Shown: one piece after another, positions 23,661 to 32,743 of the stretch
Position numbering within the stretch: position 1 is the first letter of the stretch
How the letters are laid out: each line of letters opens with the position of its first letter
Assembly: GCF_003711565.1 (NCBI RefSeq)
Contig: NC_079534.1
Location: 9,717,991-9,781,990 of the forward strand
Reading direction: 5' to 3'
Length of the DNA: 64,000 nt
Origin: Takifugu flavidus
Lineage: Eukaryota
The notes under the pieces: generated by a model
What the model saw: the letters and a program-made list of their open reading frames with translations, nothing else
Database searches by the model: none
Told to the model about the DNA's origin: nothing
Made by a program: the position numbers and the translations under genes

Positions 23661-25824
23661 CCGATCAGCTACATTCTTCGCCCTTACAGATCCTAATCAA
23701 GTGGTAGGTATTTCGGAGACCCAACTTGGTAAAAATCTTTTCTTCCTAGAGAGGCTCCAAAGTAGAGGATTTTAATGGTAATAGGTACCGGTTTTTGACT
23801 GTTATGCTGTTCAGACGCTGTAGTCTATACATGGAGGAAGGGTTCAGTTCTTCTTTTCCACAAAAAAGAAACCTGCTTCGAGAGGTGAGGGGGACAGTCG
23901 GATAATCTCTGCAGCGAGGGACTCCACGATGTACTTCTTTATTGCCTCCCTCTCAGTGTGCAAACAGTGGAATAGCCAACTGGGGAGAAGAGAAGCACCT
24001 GTCAACTTTTTTGCACAGTCATAGGGTTGATGCAGAGGCAAGAAGAAAGCCTTCTCCTTGCTGAAAACCTCAAACAAGTCATGGTACTATTTAGGCACAT
24101 TGGAGAGATTGGGAGGTGCCTGGGGCAACTGAACCCCCACCAAGAGTCAATGGGGATTTTAGACATAATGAATGACAATGGGAACTCCAACTTGCCACTT
24201 TTCCCCGTACCCAGTCAATTTAAGGATTGTGGTGGTGTAACCAAGGGTAACTCAGTACCAAAGGCGTTTTTGGGTGCTGAAATGACGAGGAATGATAGTT
24301 GTGCAGAATGGTTTCCGGACATGATGAGAGTGACTGGGACAGTCCTGCGGTTGATCTGGGTGAAGGGATATGGTGACGGTGAAGGGATACGGTAAAGGAT
24401 TCATGGAGCAGCCTGCCTGTGCACCCAATTCCTCATCCAACAAACTGTCCTGGTCCCCTGAATCAACCAAGGCTTGGAGATGGAGAACTGGACTTCCAAC
24501 ACATAATGATGTGGACAAGAGAAGTTGTTCCAAGGGGAGGCGAACCCTGGCCTGCCAGTACCCCACTGGTACATACATACATCCACCAGAAATTAAATGC
24601 TCGGAACGGCTACAGTATAAATACTCACAGCTCGGATCTTGACCTCGACCGGGCTGGACGACATACTGACATGCAGGATGCTAGCTCCTGGCGTCTTGCT
24701 CTCAGGCAATTCTCCATGAAAATAGCCAGAGCGACGAGAGAATTTAGATCCAGGGATTTGACCTGGAGAGTGATTTCATTGCGCAGCTGATCACTTGGCC
24801 CCTGCAGGTAAAACTCCCCTGAAGCGCTGCCTCGTTCCACCCAGTATCCACAGCTAGGGTCCAAAAATCCACAGAGTAATCAGCCAAAGAGCACTCTTCT
24901 CTGGCAGAGAATCAGCAAGCATGTGGAGGCATCTCCAGAGTGATCTGGGTGACCAAAAATTGCCTTCTGGCTTTGTTACAGCTCGACGTAAAGCTTCGCT
25001 TCAAGGCGGTTGTGGGAACTGCCTAGGCCAGTGCCTTGCCTCATAGCAGGCCAAGTTAGGAAGATAGGAAACCTTTAAAAAGTCATTAGGAAAAGAATGT
25101 GCCTTCTGTTGGAAAACTAACTAGCATTGAAGCAGGAAATCATCACTGCCTTAGCCACATTAGTACTGTGGTTGATGAGGGTCTGTAACAGTTGTCCTTG
25201 TTGACCAAGTAAGGTTTCCTAAGAGGAGGAGGCACGTTGTGTTTCTGCGGGGTCCATACTGGCCAAATTGTTCTGTAACGAACTGTAGGCACAAACCAAA
25301 CCCCAAAGGCAGATACACACAGCTGAATGAGGTGTAAATTTTTGACTGAGATATGGCAATGGAAATCCACAGTTCGCAAAAATGGAATAAGTCAACAGGG
25401 CGTTTGCAGCAAGCTGGGCGAGACAGGCAGGATCAGGCGACAAAGTTGGAGTACTGCAAATGATGTACAGACTCTAGAATTTCAGAACAAGATTAACCAA
25501 GCAAACCAGTCAAAAAGAGTTTTTAGCCAAGATTTTACCAGAGGGTTGAACAAGGAATTGTTAATGATGTAAGTGTGAACCAGTCTTTGAAAGTGGAAGG
25601 CAGGTGAGATGATTAGGGAGAACACCTAACAATTTGTATGAATTTGTCCAGGGACTATACTGTAGATCTATACAATTTTATACTTCTATCACAGTCTTAT
25701 ACACAAAGACAAATGAACTTCTTCCATTAGCAGGCAGATGGTTGCACCTTGTTGCACATTCACTGTATTTTTTATTCAGATGAACTGTATGTGATTTTAT
25801 ATCACTTTTCAATTTGTAATTAAG

Positions 25825-25899
25825 AACAGAGAGCTCTCAGCAAGCAATGATGACTTGACAGCAAGTGATGATGACTTGTCAGAAAAAAGCAACACCAAG
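25825..25899 (+). CDS. Repeat-gene exon, acidic module (NRELSASNDDLTASDDDLSEKSNTK).
   Basis: AG acceptor. GTGAGA donor. 75 nt. This is the first exon after the gypsy insertion. Confidence 0.5.
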
Positions 25900-25986
25900 G
25901 TGAGAGGTAGAATGAAAATCAAAATACAAAATCGAGATACAAATGTCATCAGTTGCAGGATTCACTGACTATTTTTTTGTTTGTAG

Positions 25987-26055
25987 GATAAAAATATTTT
26001 TAGCAACATTTTTAAGAAGCCACAGAAACAAACACTGGATGCTGCAGCAGGGAAG
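25987..26055 (+). CDS. Repeat-gene exon, basic module (DKNIFSNIFKKPQKQTLDAAAGK).
   Basis: tttgtag acceptor. GTGACT donor. 69 nt. Confidence 0.55.
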
Positions 26056-26139
26056 GTGACTAGCTAAATTTGAGCTAATGTAGCTCTATTGAGTGATGTT
26101 GCACACAATGTTAGTTATTGTCTTTTTTGCTGGATTGAG

Positions 26140-26211
26140 GAGCTGGAGGTGAAGTCTGAAAATGAGTTGTCTGGTAGCAATGAGAAGCTGTCGGATGCAA
26201 CTGTCTCAAAG
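26140..26211 (+). CDS. Repeat-gene exon (ELEVKSENELSGSNEKLSDATVSK).
   Basis: AG acceptor. GTACAG donor. 72 nt. First exon of tandem unit 1. Confidence 0.55.
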
Positions 26212-26632
26212 GTACAGCAATCTTTCTCTCACACCCACACACAAACACTCACAAGCATGCACACCTACATCCATTCCCATAACCCAATCCTGAAAGTGGT
26301 ACAGAGAGACCAGGAATTAGACTGGTCCACACTGGCCGTGGGTAGGGCTGAGATGGTTGGTGCAGAGAATCTGGGTTCTCAAGGCCACAAAAGCCCTGTC
26401 TGCTCACTCCATCAGTTTTGCAACATTTGTATGAATGTGACCAGAGATTATAGAGCTACAATTTTCTACTTCTATCAGTCTTATCAATAAATACAAATGA
26501 ACTTCTTCCATTAGCAGGCTGATGGTTGCACCTTGCTGCACAGTGACTGTATGTATATTCAGGAGGACTGTCTTTGATTGTACATTGACATTTTATCCTG
26601 TTATAAAATATTTGTTTTGTCTGTCTTGTCAG

Positions 26633-26707
26633 GAGAAAGGTGGAAGCTTGTTCAGCGGTCTTTTGAAAAAGACTCCCAAACCATCTGAGAAAACATCAGA
26701 TTTTGCT
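26633..26707 (+). CDS. Repeat-gene exon, basic module (EKGGSLFSGLLKKTPKPSEKTSDFA).
   Basis: cttgtcag acceptor. GTATTT donor. 75 nt. Confidence 0.5.
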
Positions 26708-26798
26708 GTATTTCATGCTTATTTGCTATGCAGTGAGCGTTTTTTCATGTGTAATGTGCCATTCTCTTTTTCATGAGACTTTTCTCTTTGTATTTCAG

Positions 26799-26885
26799 AA
26801 CAGAGAGGCCCTGAGAGAGCTCTCAGCAAGCAATGAGGACTTGACTGCAAGCGATGATGACTTGTCAGAAAAAAGCAACACCAAG
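26799..26885 (+). CDS. Repeat-gene exon, acidic module (NREALRELSASNEDLTASDDDLSEKSNTK).
   Basis: tatttcag acceptor. GTGAGG donor. 87 nt. Confidence 0.55.
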
Positions 26886-26966
26886 GTGAGGGGCAGAATG
26901 CAGCAAAATCGGGACACAAATGTCTTCAGTTGCAGGATTCACGGACTTTTTTTGTTTTGTTTGTAG

Positions 26967-27035
26967 GATAAAAATATTTTTAGCAACATTTTTAAGAAAC
27001 CACAGAAAAAAGCATTGGATGCTGCAGCAGGGAAG
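26967..27035 (+). CDS. Repeat-gene exon, basic module (DKNIFSNIFKKPQKKALDAAAGK).
   Basis: tttgtag acceptor. GTGACT donor. 69 nt. Confidence 0.55.
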
Positions 27036-27119
27036 GTGACTGGCTAAATTTGAGCTAATGTAGCTCTATTGAGTGATGTTGCACACAATGTTAGTTATTG
27101 TCTTTTTTGCTGGATTGAG

Positions 27120-27191
27120 GAGCTGGAGGTGAAGTCTGAAAATGAGTTGTCTGGTAGCAATGAGAAGCTGTCGGATGCAACTGTCTCAAAG
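27120..27191 (+). CDS. Repeat-gene exon (ELEVKSENELSGSNEKLSDATVSK).
   Basis: Identical to 26140-26211. First exon of tandem unit 2. Confidence 0.55.
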
Positions 27192-27612
27192 GTACAGCAA
27201 TCTTTCTCTCACACCCACACACAAACACTCACAAGCATACACACCTACATCCATTCTCATAACCCAATCCTGAAAGTGGTACAAAGAGACCAAGAATTAG
27301 ACTGGTCCAAACTGGCCGTGGGTAGGGCTGAGATGGTTGGTGCAGAGAATCTGGGTTCTCAAGGCCACAAAAACCCTGTCTGCTCACTCCATCAGTTTTG
27401 CAACATTTGTATGAATGTGACCAGAGATTATAGAGCTACAATTTTCTACTTCTATCAGTCTTATCAATAAATACAAATGAACTTCTTCCATTAGCAGGCT
27501 GATGGTTGCACCTTGCTGCACAGTGACTGTATGTATATTCAGGAGGACTGTCTTTGATTGTACATTGACATTTTATCCTGTTATAAAATATTTGTTTTGT
27601 CTGTCTTGTCAG

Positions 27613-27687
27613 GAGAAAGGTGGAAGTTTGTTCAGCGGTCTTTTGAAAAAGACTCCCAAACCATCTGAGAAAACATCAGATTTTGCT
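27613..27687 (+). CDS. Repeat-gene exon, basic module (EKGGSLFSGLLKKTPKPSEKTSDFA).
   Basis: Paralogue of 26633-26707. Donor is GTAATT. Confidence 0.5.
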
Positions 27688-27779
27688 GTAATTTCATGCT
27701 TATTTGCTATGCAGTGAGCGTTTTTTCATGTGTAATGTGCCATTCTCTTTTTCATGAGACTTTTCTCTTTGTATTTCAG

Positions 27780-27866
27780 AACAGAGAGGCCCTGAGAGAG
27801 CTCTCAGCAAGCAATGAGGACTTGACTGCAAGCGATGATGACTTGTCAGAAAAAAGCAACACCAAG
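27780..27866 (+). CDS. Repeat-gene exon, acidic module (NREALRELSASNEDLTASDDDLSEKSNTK).
   Basis: Identical to 26799-26885. Confidence 0.55.
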
Positions 27867-27947
27867 GTGAGGGGCAGAATGCAGCAAAATCGGGACACAA
27901 ATGTCTTCAGTTGCAGGATTCACGGACTTTTCTTGTTTTGTTTGTAG

Positions 27948-28016
27948 GATAAAAATATTTTTAGCAACATTTTTAAGAAACCACAGAAAAAAGCATTGGA
28001 TTCTGCAGCAGGGAAG
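27948..28016 (+). CDS. Repeat-gene exon, basic module (DKNIFSNIFKKPQKKALDSAAGK).
   Basis: Paralogue of 26967-27035. Confidence 0.55.
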
Positions 28017-28096
28017 GTGACTGGCTAAATTTGAACTAATGTAGCTCTATTGAGTGATGTTGCAGTGATAGTTATTGTCTGTTTTGTTGGACTGAG

Positions 28097-28168
28097 GAGC
28101 TGGAAGTGAAGACTGAAAATGAGTTATCTTGTAGCAGTGAGAAGCTGTGGGATGCAAATGTCTCAAAG
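28097..28168 (+). CDS. Repeat-gene exon ([24 protein letters not shown]).
   Basis: AG acceptor. GTACAA donor. 72 nt. Followed by a (CT)n(CA)n microsatellite. Confidence 0.5.
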
Positions 28169-28181
28169 GTACAACAATCTT

Positions 28182-28182
<1 letters not shown>

Positions 28183-28262
<80 letters not shown>
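28183..28262. repeat. (CT)n(CA)n compound microsatellite.
   Basis: About 9 CT units followed by about 31 CA units. Confidence 0.95.
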
Positions 28263-28266
<4 letters not shown>

Positions 28267-28775
28267 TTGACACGTGGACACACAAACACTCACAGGCATA
28301 CACACCAACATCCATTCCAACAACCCAAACTGGCAAGAGATAAATAGAGAAAAGGAATTAGACTGGTCCAAACTGGCCCTGGGTAGGGCTGAGATGGTCG
28401 GTGCAGGGAATGTGGGCTCTCAAAGCCACAAAAACCCTGTCCATCAGTTTTGCAACATTTGTATGAATGTGACCAGAGATTATAGATCTATACGATTTTC
28501 TACTTCTATCACAGTTTTATCAAAAAAGACAAATGAACTTCTTCCATTAGCAGGCAGATGGTTGCATCTTCTTGCACATTCACTGTATCTGCATTCAGGA
28601 GAATTATCTTTGATTGTAAATCAAGTTTGTTCAGTGGACTCTTGAAAAAGACTTCCAAACTATCTGAAGAGACATCAAATTCTACTGTAATTTGGTCTTC
28701 TTTTGCTGTGCAGTGTATTTTATTTTATGGTGTTTATATAAAAAGAGCAGCCTACACATATTTTTTCTTCTTCAG

Positions 28776-28847
28776 GAGAGAGAGGGACAGAGAGTGCTCT
28801 CAGCAAGCAATGATGACCTGATGGCCAGCGATGAAAACACCACCAAG
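28776..28847 (+). CDS. Repeat-gene exon, diverged acidic module (EREGQRVLSASNDDLMASDENTTK).
   Basis: cttcttcag acceptor. GTGAGG donor. 72 nt. Confidence 0.45.
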
Positions 28848-28911
28848 GTGAGGAGCAGAATGCTGCAAATTTAGGATACAAATGTCTCCAGTTGGGACAT
28901 TCACTGACTTT

Positions 28912-28980
28912 TTTCCTGCAGCATAAAAATATTTTTAGCAACATGTTTAAGACGCCACAGAAACAAGTATGGGATGCTGC
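28912..28980 (+). CDS. Repeat-gene exon, basic module (HKNIFSNMFKTPQKQVWDAAAGK).
   Basis: cctgcag acceptor. GTGACT donor. 69 nt. Confidence 0.5.
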
Positions 28981-29069
28981 CGCAGGAAAGGTGACTGGCT
29001 AAATTTGAACTAGTATAGTTGTAATAAGTGATTATCTTAATAATGGTAAATGTGTTTTGTTGGATTGAG

Positions 29070-29141
29070 GAGCTGGAGGTGAAGACTGCAAATGAATTAT
29101 CTGGTAGCAATGAGAAGCTGTCAGATGCCAATGCTCCAAAG
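29070..29141 (+). CDS. Repeat-gene exon (ELEVKTANELSGSNEKLSDANAPK).
   Basis: AG acceptor. GTACAA donor. 72 nt. Confidence 0.5.
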
Positions 29142-29537
29142 GTACAACAATCATTTTTATTAAGCACACCTGGGTTTACACACAAGAGACAGACACACAC
29201 ATCAATACCTTCATTCCTGCAACACTTTCCGTCATGTAGAAAAGAAAAAAGTCTGGCCCAGACAGGCCCTGGATATGGGCTCAGAGGGTCAGTCCAGAGG
29301 ATGTGGGCTGTCAAGGTCACAAAAACTCCCGAGCGTGGACCTTGCAGCCCAGATGTTACTTTGCATGAGAGAAACCTTGCTGACAAAGTGTAGATCAAGG
29401 AGTTACTTTATTGTACACTTTTATAGGTTCACAAGATGGGAACACATTTAACTATACATTTAACTTTTGTTTTTAATCATTTCAAACAATTTCAAATATT
29501 TTTCTTATATTTTAAAATGATAAAAATGCATTTTAAG

Positions 29538-29603
29538 GAAAAAAGAGGCGGCCTTGCTGGCATCTTCATAAGATCATCCAGTATTGACAACCTGTTGGAA
29601 GAG
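29538..29603 (+). CDS. Repeat-gene exon (EKRGGLAGIFIRSSSIDNLLEE).
   Basis: ttttaag acceptor. GTTAGT donor. 66 nt. Confidence 0.4.
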
Positions 29604-30040
29604 GTTAGTGTACACAAAGATTACCACATTGACATATTTCCAAAAGCTTTTATAGTTTTGTTTCACATGAACAGTCAATGTTATTCAATAGTTAATGTTA
29701 GGTCAAATGAGATTTGTAATGGCAAGATACAGTTAATTTAAATATCAATACATATAAAACTAGAAACAAAGTAGAGAGTGCAGACCTCTGCCAAGATGGC
29801 CATTTGCCCAATTTGTAATGGCTTTTTAATGAAATCTTCAGGAAATTTTGATAATGGGCCAAGGAATAGCTCATTAAGCTCATTTTGCTGACGTTCTGGA
29901 TTCCACTGTTATATAACCTTGTATTAATACTGCCTATATACCTATGCTAACTATACTAAGAGTGTAAGGAAATGACTTGCTTGGCGGAGTTCTGTGCTCT
30001 AAATATTGTTTTTTCATTAACTGTTTCTTTCTGTTTTCAG

Positions 30041-30109
30041 GAGAAAAGTGTTTTTAGTGGTATGTTTAAGAAGTCTCATAAACCATCAAAGGAGGCAACA
30101 TCAGATGAG
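30041..30109 (+). CDS. Repeat-gene exon, basic module (EKSVFSGMFKKSHKPSKEATSDE).
   Basis: ctgttttcag acceptor. GTGTCA donor. 69 nt. Confidence 0.55.
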
Positions 30110-30216
30110 GTGTCATAATTGCTCATTCATATAAAACTTGAACATTTCCCCTTTTATTTATTCATTTATTGGTTTATTCAAATTTTCATTCATTTTATTG
30201 ATTGTTGCCTGTTTAG

Positions 30217-30288
30217 GAATCAAACACAGGCAAGGAGAAGAGCATGTCTGCCAGTTGTGAAAGTTTGTCAGAAGCAACAGTGTTAAAG
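30217..30288 (+). CDS. Repeat-gene exon (ESNTGKEKSMSASCESLSEATVLK).
   Basis: gtttag acceptor. GTACTG donor. 72 nt. Confidence 0.5.
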
Positions 30289-30375
30289 GTACTGATTGTG
30301 ATTTAACTTCAGTTTTCATCGCTGATATGCTATGAATTATTCACTACAAATGAATAATTTTGTTTTTTTTGTCAG

Positions 30376-30447
30376 GAGAAGACTGTAGGGCTTGTAGGTT
30401 ATTTTAAAAAGTCTCCTAAACCAGCTCCTCGCACAATAGTTACTAAG
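30376..30447 (+). CDS. Repeat-gene exon, basic module (EKTVGLVGYFKKSPKPAPRTIVTK).
   Basis: ttttttttgtcag acceptor. GTGATC donor. 72 nt. Confidence 0.55.
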
Positions 30448-30531
30448 GTGATCAAAGAAACACATTTGATTTGCCCTTGTGTGTAATTTTAATCATCTGT
30501 AAAAGCTCTTTTATAGTGGTGCAAAATTCCT

Positions 30532-30591
30532 TGCTTTCCAGGATCCTCTCAGTGAGATGGAGGTCCACTCCAGCTCTGACAGCCTTACAGA
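30532..30591 (+). CDS. Repeat-gene exon (DPLSEMEVHSSSDSLTETAE).
   Basis: ctttccag acceptor. GTGATG donor. 60 nt. Confidence 0.45.
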
Positions 30592-30599
30592 AACTGCAG

Positions 30600-31060
30600 A
30601 GGTGATGAAATTCAGAGTTGTGTGAGAGTAGAGCTGGAGTCAGCCTCCCGTTCCTGGACAGGGAGCTGGTTCCATAGCAGGGGGGCCTGATAGCTAAATG
30701 CGCGGCCCCCCATTTTACCTTTAGAGACTGTGGGAACCACCCAGTATTGGAGCGGTCTATTGCATCACTAAGGCATCACTAGCTCCTCCAGGTAGGATGG
30801 AGCTAGGCCTCTGAGGACCTTGCAGGTCAGAAGAAGGGTTTTAAAAATTATTCTAAATTTAATTGGCAGCCAATGAAGAGACGCCAGTACAGGAGTTATG
30901 TGATCTCTTTAGTCAATACCTGTCAGAACTCTAGCTGCAGCATTTTGGATCAACTGGAGGCTTCTTTAAGAGTTGTTTGGACACCCTGATCATAAAGAAT
31001 TACAATAGTCCAGCCTGGAAGTAAAAAATGCATGGACTTGCTTTTCAGCACGTCGAGTGT
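30600..31060 (-). mobile_element. L2-type LINE 3' fragment (minus strand) in an intron of the repeat gene.
   Basis: Reverse complement matches the 3' ORF and tail of the L2 at 22140-22560 (..LQLIQNAAARVL.., ..PLVVPRVS..LWNQLPV..). Confidence 0.7.
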
Positions 31061-31124
31061 TTGTGTTGTGGTTTATGGTCGCTTGTCATTCTCAGTTTTA
31101 TTAAAAGTCCATCTTTGTTTGCAG

Positions 31125-31196
31125 GAAAGTGTTAATTTAGAGAGACTGGAACAAGGCCGGCTGAGTAGGAGTAGAACAATCAAGAAGAAAAAGCGA
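31125..31196 (+). CDS. Linker exon (ESVNLERLEQGRLSRSRTIKKKKR).
   Basis: tttgtttgcag acceptor. GTGAGT donor. 72 nt. Contains a basic KKKKR patch. Confidence 0.45.
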
Positions 31197-31298
31197 GTGA
31201 GTTGTTTTTCTTTACATTGGAAGGGAAATAAAACAGTAATATATTTCTGTTGTAACTTGCTTGGTCTCACTAATCTGTATTTGCTTACCTTTTTTCAG

Positions 31299-31352
31299 GT
31301 TGTTTCATTCCGACTAAAAAAAACTCTTTATAGGGTACCCAAGGCTGACCAG
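31299..31352 (+). CDS. Linker exon (VVSFRLKKTLYRVPKADQ).
   Basis: ttttttcag acceptor. GTAGGC donor. 54 nt. Confidence 0.4.
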
Positions 31353-31554
31353 GTAGGCCTTTTTTGTTTATTCCCATTTATGCACCTCTTCTTATGTAGC
31401 TTTAGTATTATGCTAAATATTTATTTTTGTTAATCCAATGAAATTATCAATTGAATTGTTTAACATTTAAACACAGAGTGTAAAGTAAATTCATGTTTCT
31501 TTTACTTGTTGCACTGTTTTAGGTGAGATTTGCTTCTGTTTTTCCTCTCCTCAG

Positions 31555-31626
31555 ATTTCAGAAAAGATACCTCTTATTGAAGAGGCTGTTGAGCTGCAGG
31601 AACTGACCCAAGCAACATCTAAAACA
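31555..31626 (+). CDS. Linker exon (ISEKIPLIEEAVELQELTQATSKT).
   Basis: cctctcctcag acceptor. GTGAGT donor. 72 nt. Confidence 0.45.
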
Positions 31627-31714
31627 GTGAGTATACTTTAAAGTGGAAGCTAAAAAGAAGAAGACACAGGAGAATATTAAACAGATGTAAAGATTGTGTT
31701 ACTGTGTACTTGAG

Positions 31715-31789
31715 GAGAGTACAGTGGAGGTCCAGCCTATTGAAATGGCATCCTATCCATCTGAGGACAATCCAATGGAATCTGAGGAG
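31715..31789 (+). CDS. Linker exon (ESTVEVQPIEMASYPSEDNPMESEE).
   Basis: AG acceptor. GTATGT donor. 75 nt. Confidence 0.4.
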
Positions 31790-31883
31790 GTATGTTTTAT
31801 GCTGCTGTTTATTTGGAACACTAGCCAAATGTGATTGCACTTCTAAAAACAATCTTTTTGCTGACCAAATCCTCTGCTTTTAG

Positions 31884-31923
31884 GAAGGTGATGAGTTGAT
31901 GCAGTGGTGGAACACAGTCAAAG
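31884..31923 (+). CDS. Exon (EGDELMQWWNTVK), 40 nt, ends in phase 1.
   Basis: ctgcttttag acceptor. GTTTGT donor. Its phase is compatible with the next exon. Confidence 0.5.
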
Positions 31924-32022
31924 GTTTGTATGTGTGTTTATTTAAATATTAACCTGGATTGTTTTTACTCTTTATATCTTAAGTGCCACACAGTGGTTTG
32001 ATTGTTTTCTATTGACATCCAG

Positions 32023-32071
32023 GTTGGGCAGAATGGAATGAGACCAATAATTTTCCTGACAATGAGGAAAT
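32023..32071 (+). CDS. Exon (GWAEWNETNNFPDNEE), 49 nt, ends in phase 2.
   Basis: catccag acceptor. GTAAGT donor. Its last two nucleotides (at) plus the g at 32199 form an ATG/Met codon, in frame with the APOL exon. Confidence 0.5.
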
Positions 32072-32198
32072 GTAAGTATATTTGTTTTTATTTTATTTTA
32101 TTTCAAGTTATTTTATTTTGTTTTACTTTTAGCTCTATTATTTCAAAGATTGCGACAAATATTTGTACGTTTTGGCTATGATTTTCCCAACTGTGTAG

Positions 32199-32613
32199 GG
32201 CTTTGGAGCAGGCCGCAGATCGTGTTTACATGGCAGCCTGTCTATTTGTCCGCCTGTTTAACCAGCGTGGAGCATCTCTGCAACATCGTATCCTGGAGCT
32301 TTTGGCCCTGGCAGATGCAGCAGATCAATTTCATAAGAAAACTGTTACAGCTGCTGTGGGTGGAGGTGTTGCTAGTGTTGCAGGCAGTATTGCAACAATT
32401 ACAGGCCTCATTCTGGCGCCTTTTACGTTTGGGGCGTCTATTATAGTCACCGCAGTAGGGATCAGTGTTGCGACTGCGGGCAGCATCACTTCAGCAACAG
32501 CCAACATTACGGATGCTGTTCACTCTAATATGGACCGCAAGAAGTTGGAAAAAATGATCCAGGACTACCAGGATGAGATCAACGTCATCCGAGAGTGTTT
32601 GGAGTTTGTGCAG
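32199..32613 (+). CDS. APOL-like exon encoding a Gly/Ala-rich membrane hairpin (ALEQAADRVYMAACLFVRLFNQRGASLQHRILELLALADAADQFHKKTVTAAVGGGVASVAGSIATITGLILAPFTFGASIIVTAVGISVATAGSITSATANITDAVHSNMDRKKLEKMIQDYQDEINVIRECLEFVQ).
   Basis: ctgtgtag acceptor at 32191-32198. Donor cag|GTAGGA at 32614. Homologous to residues about 45-165 of the APOL-like ORF at 23-1036. Confidence 0.7.
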
Positions 32614-32743
32614 GTAGGAGTTGGTTAATTATCCTCAAGTTACATCAAGTAAAGGCATATAATGTATATATACATGTACATTCACATGTATAATTTTATG
32701 TAATGAGTGTGTGTTCAGATATAATCTTTTGTGCCTCTTGCAG

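Larger units (their letters stand above)
17176..25563 (-). mobile_element. Ty3/gypsy LTR retrotransposon, old, composite with nested insertions. It is inserted inside the 150-bp intronic repeat of the repeat gene.
   Basis: Minus-strand gag and protease at about 24250-24870 (..ALVDSGDQDSLLDEELGAQAG..). RT start FFFVEKK..CIDY at 23750-24080. RT/RNaseH/integrase at 17500-18700 ([41 protein letters not shown]). Diverged direct LTR-like repeats at about 17176-17560 and 25253-25563 (..ccccaaagg[ty]ag.tacacaca..gtcaacaggg.gtttgcag.a.gctgggc.agac.ggcag..). Confidence 0.65.
26089..28047 (+). repeat. Two near-identical tandem genomic units of about 979 bp each (26089-27068 and 27069-28047). Each carries three repeat-gene exons and a 150-bp intronic repeat.
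   Basis: The units differ at only a handful of positions. The same architecture, more diverged, lies at 15264-16963, 25700-26088 and 28048-29141. Confidence 0.85.

Noticed and set aside
24027-24790. Plus-strand ORFs of 122-123 aa.
   Set aside because: They are antisense to the gypsy gag and protease region and have no homology.
28047-28347. ORFs with (CV)n or (HT)n repeats.
   Set aside because: They translate the (CT)n(CA)n microsatellite.
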